A stretch of DNA of 64,000 nt from Deltaproteobacteria bacterium YD0425bin51 (GTDB lineage Bacteria > Desulfobacterota > Desulfobacteria > Desulfobacterales > YD0425bin51). A program made the translations under genes and the position numbers. The notes beneath the pieces were generated by a model, which was given only the letters and a program-made list of their open reading frames with translations, ran no database searches and was not told the origin of the DNA. Within the stretch, counting starts at the first letter, position 1; each line of letters begins with the position of its first letter. Location of the stretch: the NCBI GenBank assembly GCA_002753225.1, contig PDZS01000021.1:4857-68856 (forward strand), read 5' to 3'. Shown piece after piece: positions 27,709 to 37,000 of this stretch.

Positions 27709-28009
27709 AGTGTACTGCTACTACATCAAATCTGGCTTTCATATTTTTTCCTCTGATTTTTTTTAAATAATATGTGGCAAGAATAGAAAGCTTTTTTTGC
27801 TTTTTGAGAGTTATTGCTTCTTTAGGGGATTCTATGCTATTTAATTTTCTAGTTTTAACTTCAACAAATACAATTACATCTTTATCTTGTGCAATAATAT
27901 CAATTTCACCAAATTTTGTTCTGTAATTTTTTTCTAAAATTATATAACCACGTTCTTCAAGGTGCCTTACTGCTAATTCTTCCCCTATATTTCCTAAAGA
28001 TTTAGATAT
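27650..28009 (-). CDS. yraN: YraN-family (UPF0102) endonuclease-like protein; not in the ORF track, no canonical start codon
   Basis: My manual translation of the minus strand gives an uninterrupted frame: (I)SKSLGNIGEELAVRHLEERGYIILEKNYRTKFGEIDIIAQDKDVIVFVEVKTRKLNSIESPKEAITLKKQKKLSILATYYLKKIRGKNMKARFDVVAVHFEQEKIFMDIIKNAFEVAF*. It has the YraN hallmarks GEIDIIA, VFVEVKTR and FDVVAV. AAGGAG (28024-28019) lies 9 nt before ATA 28009. Confidence 0.75.
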   Translation of the reverse strand: MSKSLGNIGEELAVRHLEERGYIILEKNYRTKFGEIDIIAQDKDVIVFVEVKTRKLNSIESPKEAITLKKQKKLSILATYYLKKIRGKNMKARFDVVAVHFEQEKIFMDIIKNAFEVAF

Positions 28010-28613
28010 ATTCTTTTACTCCTTTAAATGTTTTTCTATGAATTGGCGAATATCCCCATTTTATAATTGCCTGTTTATGTTTTTTGGTAGGGTAGCCTTT
28101 ATGCAGAATAAAACCAAATTCTGGATATTCTTCATGGTATATATCCATTAACCTATCACGAGATACTTTAGCAATAATTGAAGCCGCTGCAATTGAAATA
28201 CTTAGATTATCCCCTTTTATTATAGGTTCCTGAGAAATAAAGCTTGCAGGAATTTTAAATTTGCCATCTATAAGTATATGATCAGGCTTAGGATTTAAAT
28301 TTAAAACAGCAATTGCCATTGCAAGTAAAGATGCCCTTAGTATGTTTATGCGATCAATTTCTATGGGATCAATAATTCCAATACCAACTGAAATTGCTGT
28401 TTCATAAATTTTTTTATATAAAGATTCCCTTTTTCCAGATGTTAGCTTTTTTGAATCATTAATGCCTGATATAGATATATCTTCTGGTAAAATGACCGCT
28501 GCTGCTACAACAGGACCAGCAAGCGGTCCCCTACCTGCTTCATCAACACCTGCTATTTGTTGGAAACCTTTTTCTTTAGCCTGTTTTTCAAAGCGCCAAA
28601 GATTATTTTCCAC
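28002..28613 (-). CDS. rnhB: Ribonuclease HII
   Basis: Carries GVDEAGRGPLAGPVVAAAV and DSKKL. 203 aa. Conserved position after rplS. Confidence 0.92.
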   Translation of the reverse strand: MENNLWRFEKQAKEKGFQQIAGVDEAGRGPLAGPVVAAAVILPEDISISGINDSKKLTSGKRESLYKKIYETAISVGIGIIDPIEIDRINILRASLLAMAIAVLNLNPKPDHILIDGKFKIPASFISQEPIIKGDNLSISIAAASIIAKVSRDRLMDIYHEEYPEFGFILHKGYPTKKHKQAIIKWGYSPIHRKTFKGVKEYI

Positions 28614-28621
28614 AATAATTA

Positions 28622-28966
28622 TTAATAACGGCGTTCTTTTATTCTAGTGGCTTTACCTGTTAATTTCTTTAAATAATATAATTTTGAACGACGGACAAGA
28701 CCATGTGATAAAACTTCAATACTATCAATCGAAGGAGAATGAAGTAGAAAAATTCTTTCTACACCTACTCCATTTGAAATTTTTCTGACAGTAAAAGAAG
28801 CGTTTACAGTTCCTCTCCGTTTGCTTATAACAGTTCCCTGAAAGGCTTGAATACGCTCTTTATCACCTTCTTTTATTTTTACATTAACTTTTACTGTATC
28901 TCCTGCTCTAAAATCAGGGAGATCAATACGCATCATATCTTGTTCTAATTGTTTTATAACTTCCAT
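28622..28966 (-). CDS. rplS: 50S ribosomal protein L19
   Basis: 114 aa. [41 protein letters not shown] is the canonical L19 sequence. Confidence 0.95.
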   Translation of the reverse strand: MEVIKQLEQDMMRIDLPDFRAGDTVKVNVKIKEGDKERIQAFQGTVISKRRGTVNASFTVRKISNGVGVERIFLLHSPSIDSIEVLSHGLVRRSKLYYLKKLTGKATRIKERRY

Positions 28967-28982
28967 AATTTACCTCTTAAAA

Positions 28983-29561
28983 TTAATAATTTCCCATAAG
29001 TCTATCCAAAATAATTCCTGCAGCAGATCTAACTGATAGATGATTATACTCTCTTGTACCTTTTATAGGTTCTAAAATATAATCTGCTTTTAAAATAAAA
29101 TCTTGAGATATTCCCCATGCAGTACCAAACAATAAAAAATAAGGATTTTCATCTTTAATCATTTCTTTAAAGTTTCTGTAGGTAAGATTTTGCCTTCCAC
29201 TATCTTTTGCGCATGATACTATTATTTTAGGTATTATCCCCTGGTTTCTGCTTTGAATATCACATATAGCCTCTTCTATAGAATCTTTAACACTAATTAG
29301 TTCTAATGCTTCACGTCTTTTAGGATTATAAATTGAGCCATGTCCTATTGTCCAATGTGAGATTATCTTTTTTACAAGCTCCTGCTGATCCAAAAGAGGA
29401 GTGATAACATAGAAAACAGGTACTCCATATGTTTTTGAAACTCTAGCTATATCGTGTAAATCAAGATTAGTAACAGCAGATGTAATTACCTCCCCAGATT
29501 TATTTATTACAGGATAATGTAAAAGAGCTATGTATAGATTGTGTTTGTATAATTCTGTCAA
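28983..29561 (-). CDS. Predicted SPOUT-class RNA methyltransferase (TM1570/Methyltrn_RNA_4-like), TTG start
   Basis: 192 aa. The N-terminus LYIALLHYPVINKSGEVITSAVTNLDLHDIAR matches my recollection of this family, which is often found between trmD and rplS. The start codon is TTG, 62 nt inside trmD. Confidence 0.5.
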   Translation of the reverse strand: MTELYKHNLYIALLHYPVINKSGEVITSAVTNLDLHDIARVSKTYGVPVFYVITPLLDQQELVKKIISHWTIGHGSIYNPKRREALELISVKDSIEEAICDIQSRNQGIIPKIIVSCAKDSGRQNLTYRNFKEMIKDENPYFLLFGTAWGISQDFILKADYILEPIKGTREYNHLSVRSAAGIILDRLMGNY

Positions 29562-30309
29562 GCTCTTTGCACCATTTTTTTAAAATTTCAACCTCTTCTC
29601 TATTGTACAACCTTTGTTCTAAAAGGTCGGGTCTTTTTAAAAAAGTTCTAATAAGTGAATCTTCAAGGCGCCACTTAAAAATATTTAAATGATTGCCTGA
29701 AAGAAGGACTTCAGGAACTTCTTCACCTTCAAAACTGCGAGGTCTTGTATAATTAGCATGATCTAATAAATTATTTGTAAACGAATCTTTCTCAGCGGAA
29801 TCTTCTGCTCCAAGTGTTCCTGGTATTAAACGAGTGACAGCATCAATTATAATCATTGCTGCTATCTCCCCCCCTGTTAGAACATAATCTCCAATTGAAA
29901 TTTCTTCATCTATATAATTATAACAGATACGCTCATCAGGACCTTCATAACGACTACAAATTAAAATCAATCCATCAAGATTAGAAAATGATCTTGCTAA
30001 ATCCTGATTAAACGTTTTTCCTTGAGGAGTTAAAAGGATAGTTTTTGATAGCGGCGCTATTTCTTTAGCTTTTTTTATGGCAAGTGACAACGGTTCAGGC
30101 TTCATAACCATTCCAGGTCCACCACCATAAGGTCTATCATCAGTCGCAGAGTGCTTATCAGTTGCAAATTCTCTTATATTAAGAGGCAATACATTGATTT
30201 TTTTATTCAAAATTGCTCTTCTTATAATTCCATACTCTAAAAAAGAATTAAAGATACCCGGAAATATTGTTAGAACAGTAAAATCCATCAATGATGATTT
30301 ATCTGACAC
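29500..30309 (-). CDS. trmD: tRNA (guanine37-N1)-methyltransferase
   Basis: Carries FTVLTIFPGIF, DDRPYGGGPGMVM and GDYVLTGGE. GTG start at 30309 overlaps the rimM stop; ATG 30288 is an alternative. Confidence 0.9.
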   Translation of the reverse strand: MSDKSSLMDFTVLTIFPGIFNSFLEYGIIRRAILNKKINVLPLNIREFATDKHSATDDRPYGGGPGMVMKPEPLSLAIKKAKEIAPLSKTILLTPQGKTFNQDLARSFSNLDGLILICSRYEGPDERICYNYIDEEISIGDYVLTGGEIAAMIIIDAVTRLIPGTLGAEDSAEKDSFTNNLLDHANYTRPRSFEGEEVPEVLLSGNHLNIFKWRLEDSLIRTFLKRPDLLEQRLYNREEVEILKKWCKELDRIIQTQSIHSSFTLSCNK

Positions 30310-30830
30310 TAAAGCACAAGCTCTTCTGGTAAGCTAATTTTCATTTCCTTTTTTTCTAAATCAACTGTTTTAATTACAGAAGAGATAGCAGGAACCAAGA
30401 TCTCTTTTCTCTCATTTTTTATAACATAGACATCATTGCTTCCTGTAGGAAAAATAGAAGCTATAATACCCACATAATCTCCGGTGTCATTTAAAACTGA
30501 CATACCTATTAGATCAACCCAATAATAGGTTCCTTCTTCTAATTTAGGGAAAAAAGACCTCTCCTGTAAAAGTTCAGCGCCAACTAATAATAATGCTTCA
30601 TCCCGAGTCAGTACCTCTTTAAATGATAAGATAGCCCCATCTTTTATTGGCTTAATATGTGTAATAGTGTAGTATTGATCTATTCCATTATTAGTTATTA
30701 AAATAGGGATATTTTTTTCAAAAAGAGATAAAGACTCGTTGTCTGTAGCAATATGCAGCTTCCCTTTTATCCCGTGAGCGCCGATAATTTTTCCAATTGT
30801 GAAAAAACCATGTCGGCTGCTTTGCTCCAT
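30309..30830 (-). CDS. rimM: 16S rRNA processing protein RimM
   Basis: 173 aa. Carries IGKIIGAHGIKGKL plus a PRC-barrel C-terminus. Conserved rpsP-rimM-trmD-rplS context. Confidence 0.85.
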   Translation of the reverse strand: MEQSSRHGFFTIGKIIGAHGIKGKLHIATDNESLSLFEKNIPILITNNGIDQYYTITHIKPIKDGAILSFKEVLTRDEALLLVGAELLQERSFFPKLEEGTYYWVDLIGMSVLNDTGDYVGIIASIFPTGSNDVYVIKNERKEILVPAISSVIKTVDLEKKEMKISLPEELVL

Positions 30831-30836
30831 GAGATT

Positions 30837-31067
30837 TTATTCAATAATCTCAAGAACCATACGTTTTTTTACTTTTGCAGAAGCAGCGCTAAGTATTGTT
30901 CTCATAGCTCTAGCTGTGCGACCCTGTTTACCAATTACTTTTCCCAGATCCTCTTTTGCCACTTTAAGTTCTAAAACTGAGGTCTGATTTCCTTCAACTT
31001 CTGAAACTGTAACTTGATCAGGGTTGTCAACTAATGCCTGTGCAATATATTTTACCAGGTCTTTCAT
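30837..31067 (-). CDS. KH-domain RNA-binding protein (YlqC/UPF0109)
   Basis: Start trimmed to ATG 31067 (AAGGAG 8 nt upstream), giving 76 aa: [19 protein letters not shown]...[17 protein letters not shown]. The track start is a TTG at 31157. Confidence 0.8.
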   Translation of the reverse strand: MKDLVKYIAQALVDNPDQVTVSEVEGNQTSVLELKVAKEDLGKVIGKQGRTARAMRTILSAASAKVKKRMVLEIIE

Positions 31068-31171
31068 CACGTCATCTCCTTTTCCTTGTGGTTTCATTTC
31101 ATTATCCTTTTCTTTTTTGTTTTTGGCTTTTTGAGAATTTATAGGGAAAAAACTCAAATTACAACTTATCT

Positions 31172-31426
31172 TTATGCTTCTTTAGCATAAAAACCTTCAT
31201 TTTTCAAAATACTTTTTACTGTATCAGTTGGTATAGCTCCCACACCTAACCAATATTTTATTCTCTCTTTATGTAAAGAAATTTTTACTGGATCTATCAT
31301 AGGATTATAAGTTCCTACAATTTCTAAATTCTTTCCATCTCTTCGGCATTCTTTAGTCGCTACAACCACTCTATAAAAAGGTTTCTTTTTAGCGCCATGC
31401 CTTGCTAATCTAATTTTAACCTCCAT
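31172..31426 (-). CDS. rpsP: 30S ribosomal protein S16
   Basis: [27 protein letters not shown] is the canonical S16 sequence. Confidence 0.95.
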   Translation of the reverse strand: MEVKIRLARHGAKKKPFYRVVVATKECRRDGKNLEIVGTYNPMIDPVKISLHKERIKYWLGVGAIPTDTVKSILKNEGFYAKEA

Positions 31427-31449
31427 TTCCTAATCTTTCTCCTTCTAAA

Positions 31450-32781
31450 TTAAAATGGCCAAAGCCCTCGGCTTAAAGCTTTAGGGCCACTTTTTGTAAG
31501 TTTTTTTATCATTTTCATTACTTCATCGTAATTTTTAAGCAATTTATTTATATCTTGAACAGTTGTTCCACTTCCACTAGCTATACGTTTTCTTCTGCTT
31601 CCATTTATAATATTATAATTTCGTCTTTCCTGAGGAGTCATAGAATTTATAATAGCTTCAATTTTAATTAATTCTTTTTCATCAACATCAAGGTTTTTAA
31701 ACTGTTTGTTTTTACTAAACCCTGGAATCATATTAAGCAGTTCAGCAAAAGAACCCATTTTTCTTATTCTAAGCAATTGGTCCTTGAAATCTTCTAATGT
31801 AAACTGACTCTTTCTTAACTTTTTTTCAAGTTCAATAGCTTTCTTTTCATCAACAACAGCTTGTGCTTTTTCTATAAAAGTAAGGACATCACCCATACCT
31901 AAAATTCTAGATGCCATTCTATCAGGGTGAAAAGGCTCAAGCGCGTTTAGTTTTTCACCAACTCCTATAAATTTAATTGGTTTGTTTGTAATTGCTCTAA
32001 TGGATAATGCAGCTCCACCTCTAGCATCTCCATCCATTTTAGTTAAAATAACACCACCAATATCTAAAGCTTTGTTAAATGAATCAGAAATATTTACAGC
32101 ATCTTGTCCTGTCATTGCATCAGCTACAAGAAGAATATCAGATGGTTTTATAGCATCTTTTATATTACGTAGTTCCTGCATTAAGACTTCGTCAGCATGA
32201 AGACGTCCAGCAGTATCTATTAAAACAGTATCACAACCCATTTGTTTTGCAGAAATTACAGCCTGTTCACAAATTTTTACAGGATTCATATCTGCAGTTG
32301 ATGGAAAAACTGGGACATTTAATTGAAGAGCAAGTTTTTTTAATTGATCAATAGCAGCAGGACGATATATGTCAGCAGGGACTAGAAATGGTTGTTTACC
32401 TTCTTTACGAAGGTATACAGAAAGTTTTCCAGCAGTAGTTGTTTTACCAGAACCTTGAAGTCCTACTAGCATTATTGAAACTGGTTTAGGTCCTGATAAG
32501 CACAAAGGTTCATTATGTGACCCCATAAGCTCAGATAAGTTTTCATTAACAATCTTTATAACCTGTTGCCCAGGTGTTAAGCTTGCTAGGACTTCTTGCC
32601 CAAGAGATCTTTCTTTTATGTTTGCTATAAAATTTTTTACAACTTTATAGTGGACATCCGCCTCCAGAAGAGCCATTCTAACTTCACGTAAGCCTTCTTC
32701 TATATTCTTCTCTGATAGCTTACCGTGGCCTTTTAGTTTTTTAAATATTAAATCAAGTTTGTCAGATAGATTGTCAAACAT
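31450..32781 (-). CDS. ffh: Signal recognition particle protein Ffh (SRP54)
   Basis: 443 aa. Carries GLQGSGKTTT, DTAGRL, TKMDGDARGGAALS and a Met-rich M domain. Confidence 0.95.
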   Translation of the reverse strand: MFDNLSDKLDLIFKKLKGHGKLSEKNIEEGLREVRMALLEADVHYKVVKNFIANIKERSLGQEVLASLTPGQQVIKIVNENLSELMGSHNEPLCLSGPKPVSIMLVGLQGSGKTTTAGKLSVYLRKEGKQPFLVPADIYRPAAIDQLKKLALQLNVPVFPSTADMNPVKICEQAVISAKQMGCDTVLIDTAGRLHADEVLMQELRNIKDAIKPSDILLVADAMTGQDAVNISDSFNKALDIGGVILTKMDGDARGGAALSIRAITNKPIKFIGVGEKLNALEPFHPDRMASRILGMGDVLTFIEKAQAVVDEKKAIELEKKLRKSQFTLEDFKDQLLRIRKMGSFAELLNMIPGFSKNKQFKNLDVDEKELIKIEAIINSMTPQERRNYNIINGSRRKRIASGSGTTVQDINKLLKNYDEVMKMIKKLTKSGPKALSRGLWPF

Positions 32782-32810
32782 AAATGATAGTCACCCCATT
32801 CTAAAGAAAC

Positions 32811-32845
32811 TTTTTATAATAATTATAAAGGCTACAATATGTCAA
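32811..32845 (-). promoter_or_regulatory. Candidate sigma70-type promoter for the ffh operon
   Basis: The minus strand reads TTGACA (complement of 32840-32845) followed 17-18 nt later by TATTAT/TATAAT-like hexamers. This is about 40 nt upstream of the ffh ATG. AT-rich context, so weak evidence. Confidence 0.3.
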
Positions 32846-32930
32846 GCAAAAATTAAGCAAACTTATTTTATTAAAATAATCTAATCATAATAGCCTTTAA
32901 AATATTAATAATCAAATTAAATTACATTAT

Positions 32931-33248
32931 CTACTGTGCTTCTGTAATTCTTTGATTATCTATTATATTGTAATTATTTTTATTATAGTTCTGTTGTATT
33001 CTATTTTTACCTTTCCGCTTTGGCATAAATTTGTTCCAGCAAGCATTTACCTCATCAGCACTTTTTGCTTCTTGAATACAGGATTTACCTTGCTGAAGTT
33101 TTTCTATTCTCTCATCAAAACGTTTTAACATTTCAGACTTTTTTTGCTCCAAATTCTGATTATTATCTTCATTAGTTTGAATATTTTCTTCAGCGTAAGT
33201 AGATAATGCTAATAACAAAATAATTATTGTAATTACTCCTTTTATCAT
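32931..33248 (-). CDS. Small secreted protein, unknown function
   Basis: 105 aa with signal peptide MIKGVITIIILLLALSTYA. The mature part is charged and helical with two Cys residues. Confidence 0.5.
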   Translation of the reverse strand: MIKGVITIIILLLALSTYAEENIQTNEDNNQNLEQKKSEMLKRFDERIEKLQQGKSCIQEAKSADEVNACWNKFMPKRKGKNRIQQNYNKNNYNIIDNQRITEAQ

Positions 33249-33289
33249 AATAAAAATTCTCCTTAATTTTTATAAATATGTTCAAATAG

Positions 33290-33928
33290 TTATGCAAAAA
33301 AAGACTCTTTTTTCTTAAAACAAAGTGCAGAAACAGGGCATATATTTATGCACTCATTGCATGTATTGCAATTTATCTCCCCATAAAAAGTTATTACAGT
33401 ATCAAAACCTCTTTTTGCAAAAGCTAAATTCGATTTTCCATTTTTTTCAATACATTTATAAATACATTTTCCACATAAAATACATCTATTTGGATAATAT
33501 TCAATAAAAGGGTGAGCAGTATCTATGTCAATTGGTTTAAGATATTTTTCAGTCTCTTTTTGTGCCAAACCAACTTTTAAATATTTTGCTATTTTTTGAA
33601 GCTCACACTTTCGATTAGCAGGACAGTTTTTACAATCAACTTTATGTAAAGATAAAAGAAGCTTAAAACCTGCTTTTTGAAGACTTATTACTGCTTCAGT
33701 ATCAGTCCTTAAAACCATTCCATCTTTTATTTGAGTTGTGCATGCTGAAACAATTTTTTTTTCATCAAGCATTTCCACAAAACAGATTCTACAAGATGCA
33801 GAAGGGATGTCCATATCTTTAATATAGCAAAGATTGGGAATATAAATGTCATTTTCTAAACAAACTTTGAGTAGATTTTCTCCTTCCAATGCATTAATTT
33901 CAATATCGTTAACAATTATCTTAGCCAT
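33290..33928 (-). CDS. Stand-alone Fe-S electron-transfer protein (2Fe-2S plus His-ligated 4Fe-4S plus 2x4Fe-4S; NuoG/[FeFe]-hydrogenase N-terminal type)
   Basis: Cys patterns: C-x12-C-x2-C-x12-C (2Fe-2S), HKVDCKNCPANRKC (H-x3-C-x2-C-x5-C), CILCGKCIYKC and CNTCNECINICP. Confidence 0.8.
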   Translation of the reverse strand: MAKIIVNDIEINALEGENLLKVCLENDIYIPNLCYIKDMDIPSASCRICFVEMLDEKKIVSACTTQIKDGMVLRTDTEAVISLQKAGFKLLLSLHKVDCKNCPANRKCELQKIAKYLKVGLAQKETEKYLKPIDIDTAHPFIEYYPNRCILCGKCIYKCIEKNGKSNLAFAKRGFDTVITFYGEINCNTCNECINICPVSALCFKKKESFFA

Positions 33929-33975
33929 TATCTATAAACCTTTCTGTTTAATCATACACCTTTCAGGCATAAGCC

Positions 33976-34003
33976 TTTACTAATTATCATAATTTGCTAT
34001 AAT
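33976..34003 (+). promoter_or_regulatory. Candidate promoter (TTTACT-N16-TGcTATAAT) upstream of the sensor kinase gene
   Basis: Extended -10 TGCTATAAT ends at 34003, with a -35-like TTTACT at 33976-33981. About 80 nt upstream of ATG 34081. Confidence 0.3.
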
Positions 34004-34080
34004 CTTGAGACAGATTGAAAAACATATCAAAAAATATAATTTATTTATTAAATAATAGCAATTTATAATCAAGGTAATTA

Positions 34081-37000
34081 ATGTATAGATTTTTAAAACT
34101 TCTTTATATCTTTATTATACTTTTAAATAATTTCTCAAATAATATATATCCTTCTGAAGCGCCAAAAGACAAACTAACATATGAAGAAAAAGAGTGGCTT
34201 AAAAAACATCCAAATATAAGGCTTGGTTTTTCAAGCACATGGGAGCCTTTTTTAATTTTAAATCCAGATGGTTCATTTTCAGGTATTTATCCTTCTATTT
34301 TAAAGGAATTGAACCTGCGCCTCCAAACAAATATTTCCATTGAGCTTTCACCATGGAAAGAAATATTGGAAAAGGCAAAGGTAAAAAAAGTCGACGGCAT
34401 TCTTGCTCTTCATCCTGATAATGCAAAACTATATGATTTGCTTTCAACACGTCCATTTTTATCAAATTATCCAACAGTTTTTAGTCGAAAAGGTGCTATA
34501 ATAAAAAAAATTGAAGATTTAAAAGGGAAAAAAGTCTCAATCATAAAAGGAGCTTTATTTGCAGAAAATCTGCTTAAACAATATGAAGGAAAGGTTTCAG
34601 TTATAAAATGTATAGATGCAAGAAATGCTTTAGATATGGTTTTTGAAGGGAAAACAGATGCAATGGTTGGTTTAAGCAGTCACAACTACGAAATTACAAA
34701 AAGTAAATTATTTGGCATTGAACCAATATATGTGGCTTGGGACAAGCCTTTTAATTCTGTTATGGGTATAAGATCTGACTGGCCAGAATTAGCTTCTATT
34801 ATAAATAAAGGGCTTGATAGTTTTACAGAGGATGAAATAAACAGATATGTAAATAAATGGATAAACCTTCCTTTAACTCTACAAAAATTATTACTTTCAG
34901 ATGATGAATGGAATTGGGTAAAAAAAAATAATGTTATCCGAGTTGGAGTAGATCCTGACCGGGAACCATTAGAATTTATTGATGATGGTAATTTAAAAGG
35001 AATTTCCATAAATTACCTTGAACATATTGAAAAGCTTATAGGAAGGGTTTCTTTTAAATTTGTTACAGGAAGCAGAAGTGATCTGATTAAACTATCAAAA
35101 GAAAAAAAAATAGATATCTTTTCCTGCATAAGTAAAACCCAAAAAAAAGAAGATTACTTAATTTTTACAACTACTTATTTAAAAATACCTGTAGGTATTT
35201 TTGCAGGAGAAGGTGTAACTTTTGTCGGAAATTTAAATAATCTTTCAGGTAAAAAAGTTATAGTAGTTGAAGGCTATGGTATTGACGATTTAATTGAAAA
35301 AGAAAATCCCAAAATAAAAATAGTTCTGGCAAAAAGCAATAAAGAAGCTTTAAATTATTTAATTAAAGGTAATGCCTTTGCTTTTGTTGGTGGTATTCTT
35401 CCCATAAGCCATATTATAACTCATTTAGGTTATACCCAAATAAAGTTTGTCGGTGAGACTAATTATTTCAACAATCACACTATAGGTATTAGAAAGGAAT
35501 TACCTATATTAAAGGATATATTACAAAAAGCCCTTAATACAATATCTGAAAATGAAAGAGATGAAATATATAAAAATTGGGTTTCAACAACATATAAATA
35601 TCCTTTTGATTACACTTATATTTGGAAAATTGGGCTAGGTACATTAATACTAATTGCTGTATTCATTATATGGAATAATTTTTTATGGCAAGAAATTAAA
35701 AGAAGGAAAAAAATTGAAGAAGCACTAGCTTTAGCTAAAAAAAAAGCTGAATCAGCAAATATTGCAAAGAGTCTGTTTCTTTCTAATGTCAGCCATGAAT
35801 TGCGTACTCCTTTAAATTCAATTCTAGGTTATTCCCAGATTATGCAGAATGATCCTTCTTTAAATGAATCTTTGAAAAATAATTTATCCATAATAATAAG
35901 AAGTGGAGAACATCTGCTCAGCTTGATTAATGAAGTTCTAGATATTGCTAAAATTGAAACAGGTAAAATTTCTATCTATAAAGCAACCTTTGATTTTTAT
36001 ATGCTTCTGAATGATATAGAAAACATATTCCGCGTTAGAACCAATGCCAAGGATTTAACCTTTATTATTGAAAAACATGGCGAATTACCTCGTTATTTAA
36101 TTTCTGATGAAGTCAAGTTGAGGCAATGCCTTATTAATCTTCTTGGAAATGCCATTAAATTTACTGACAAAGGAACTATTATCTTTAGAATTTTTGCAGG
36201 AAAAAAAGAAAATAATATTATTGAAATAATTTTTGAAGTTGAAGACAGTGGTATTGGAATTAATGAAGGAGATATTGAAAGGATATTCAGACCCTTTGAA
36301 CAAATAGTCGCTGCAAATAAGGCTGAAGGAGGTTCTGGTCTAGGACTAACAATTACAAGAGAATTTGCTCTTTTAATGGGAGGCAATGTTTTTGTTAAAA
36401 GCAAGCATTATATTGGCAGTACTTTTATTTTAAATATTTACGCAGAGATAGGAAAAATTGAAAATATCAAAACATATAGAAAAATTTTAGCCATAAAGAA
36501 AGGTCAAATATTACCAAAAATTCTAGTAGTTGATGATAAGGATGATAATAGAAAGATTCTTTCTTCATTTTTGATATCTTTGGGTTTTATTGTTAAAGAA
36601 GCCTTAAATGGCAAAGAAGCTATATATGAATACAAGTCATGGCGCCCTGATCTTATTTTTATGGACATGAAAATGCCTGTTATGGATGGATATGAATCTA
36701 TTAAAACAATAAGATTTATGCCTGAAGGAGCAAATATACCAATTATTGCAATTTCAGCAAGTGCTTTTAAAGAAGATTTGGAAAAGATTCTTGCTGCAGG
36801 AGCAAATGATTTTATTATAAAGCCTTTTAAAAAAGATGATATATTTATGATAATTGGTAAATTTCTTAATATAGAATACGATTATGAAGAACAAGTAAAT
36901 AGAGAAAACTCTTACGAATCTGAAATTGATGATATCTTTGAAGGACTTATACTTTTATCTGATGAAAATCTTGAAAAACTCAAAGAAGCTATTTTGACAT

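Noticed and set aside
28002-28024. RNase HII-YraN fusion by +1 frameshift, as an explanation for the missing yraN start
   Set aside because: This is less parsimonious than initiation at ATA 28009. A consensus AAGGAG sits at the ideal 9-nt spacing, and rnhB has a normal-length C-terminus with its own stop. I kept it as an alternative in the finding rather than calling a fusion or pseudogene.
28462-28647. 61-aa plus-strand ORF opposite rnhB, and similar ORFs at 30753-30987 opposite rimM/KH and 31982-32200 opposite ffh
   Set aside because: They are antisense to universally conserved housekeeping genes and are shadow ORFs.
33325-33507. 60-aa plus-strand ORF opposite the Fe-S protein gene
   Set aside because: It is antisense to a gene with four intact cluster motifs.
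34686-36404. Minus-strand ORFs 34686-35009, 36093-36404 and 36097-36303 inside the first sensor kinase gene, plus 38249-38461, 39378-39584 and 40416-40601 in the following genes
   Set aside because: They are shadow ORFs in AT-rich coding DNA. The two at 36.1-36.4 kb even overlap each other.
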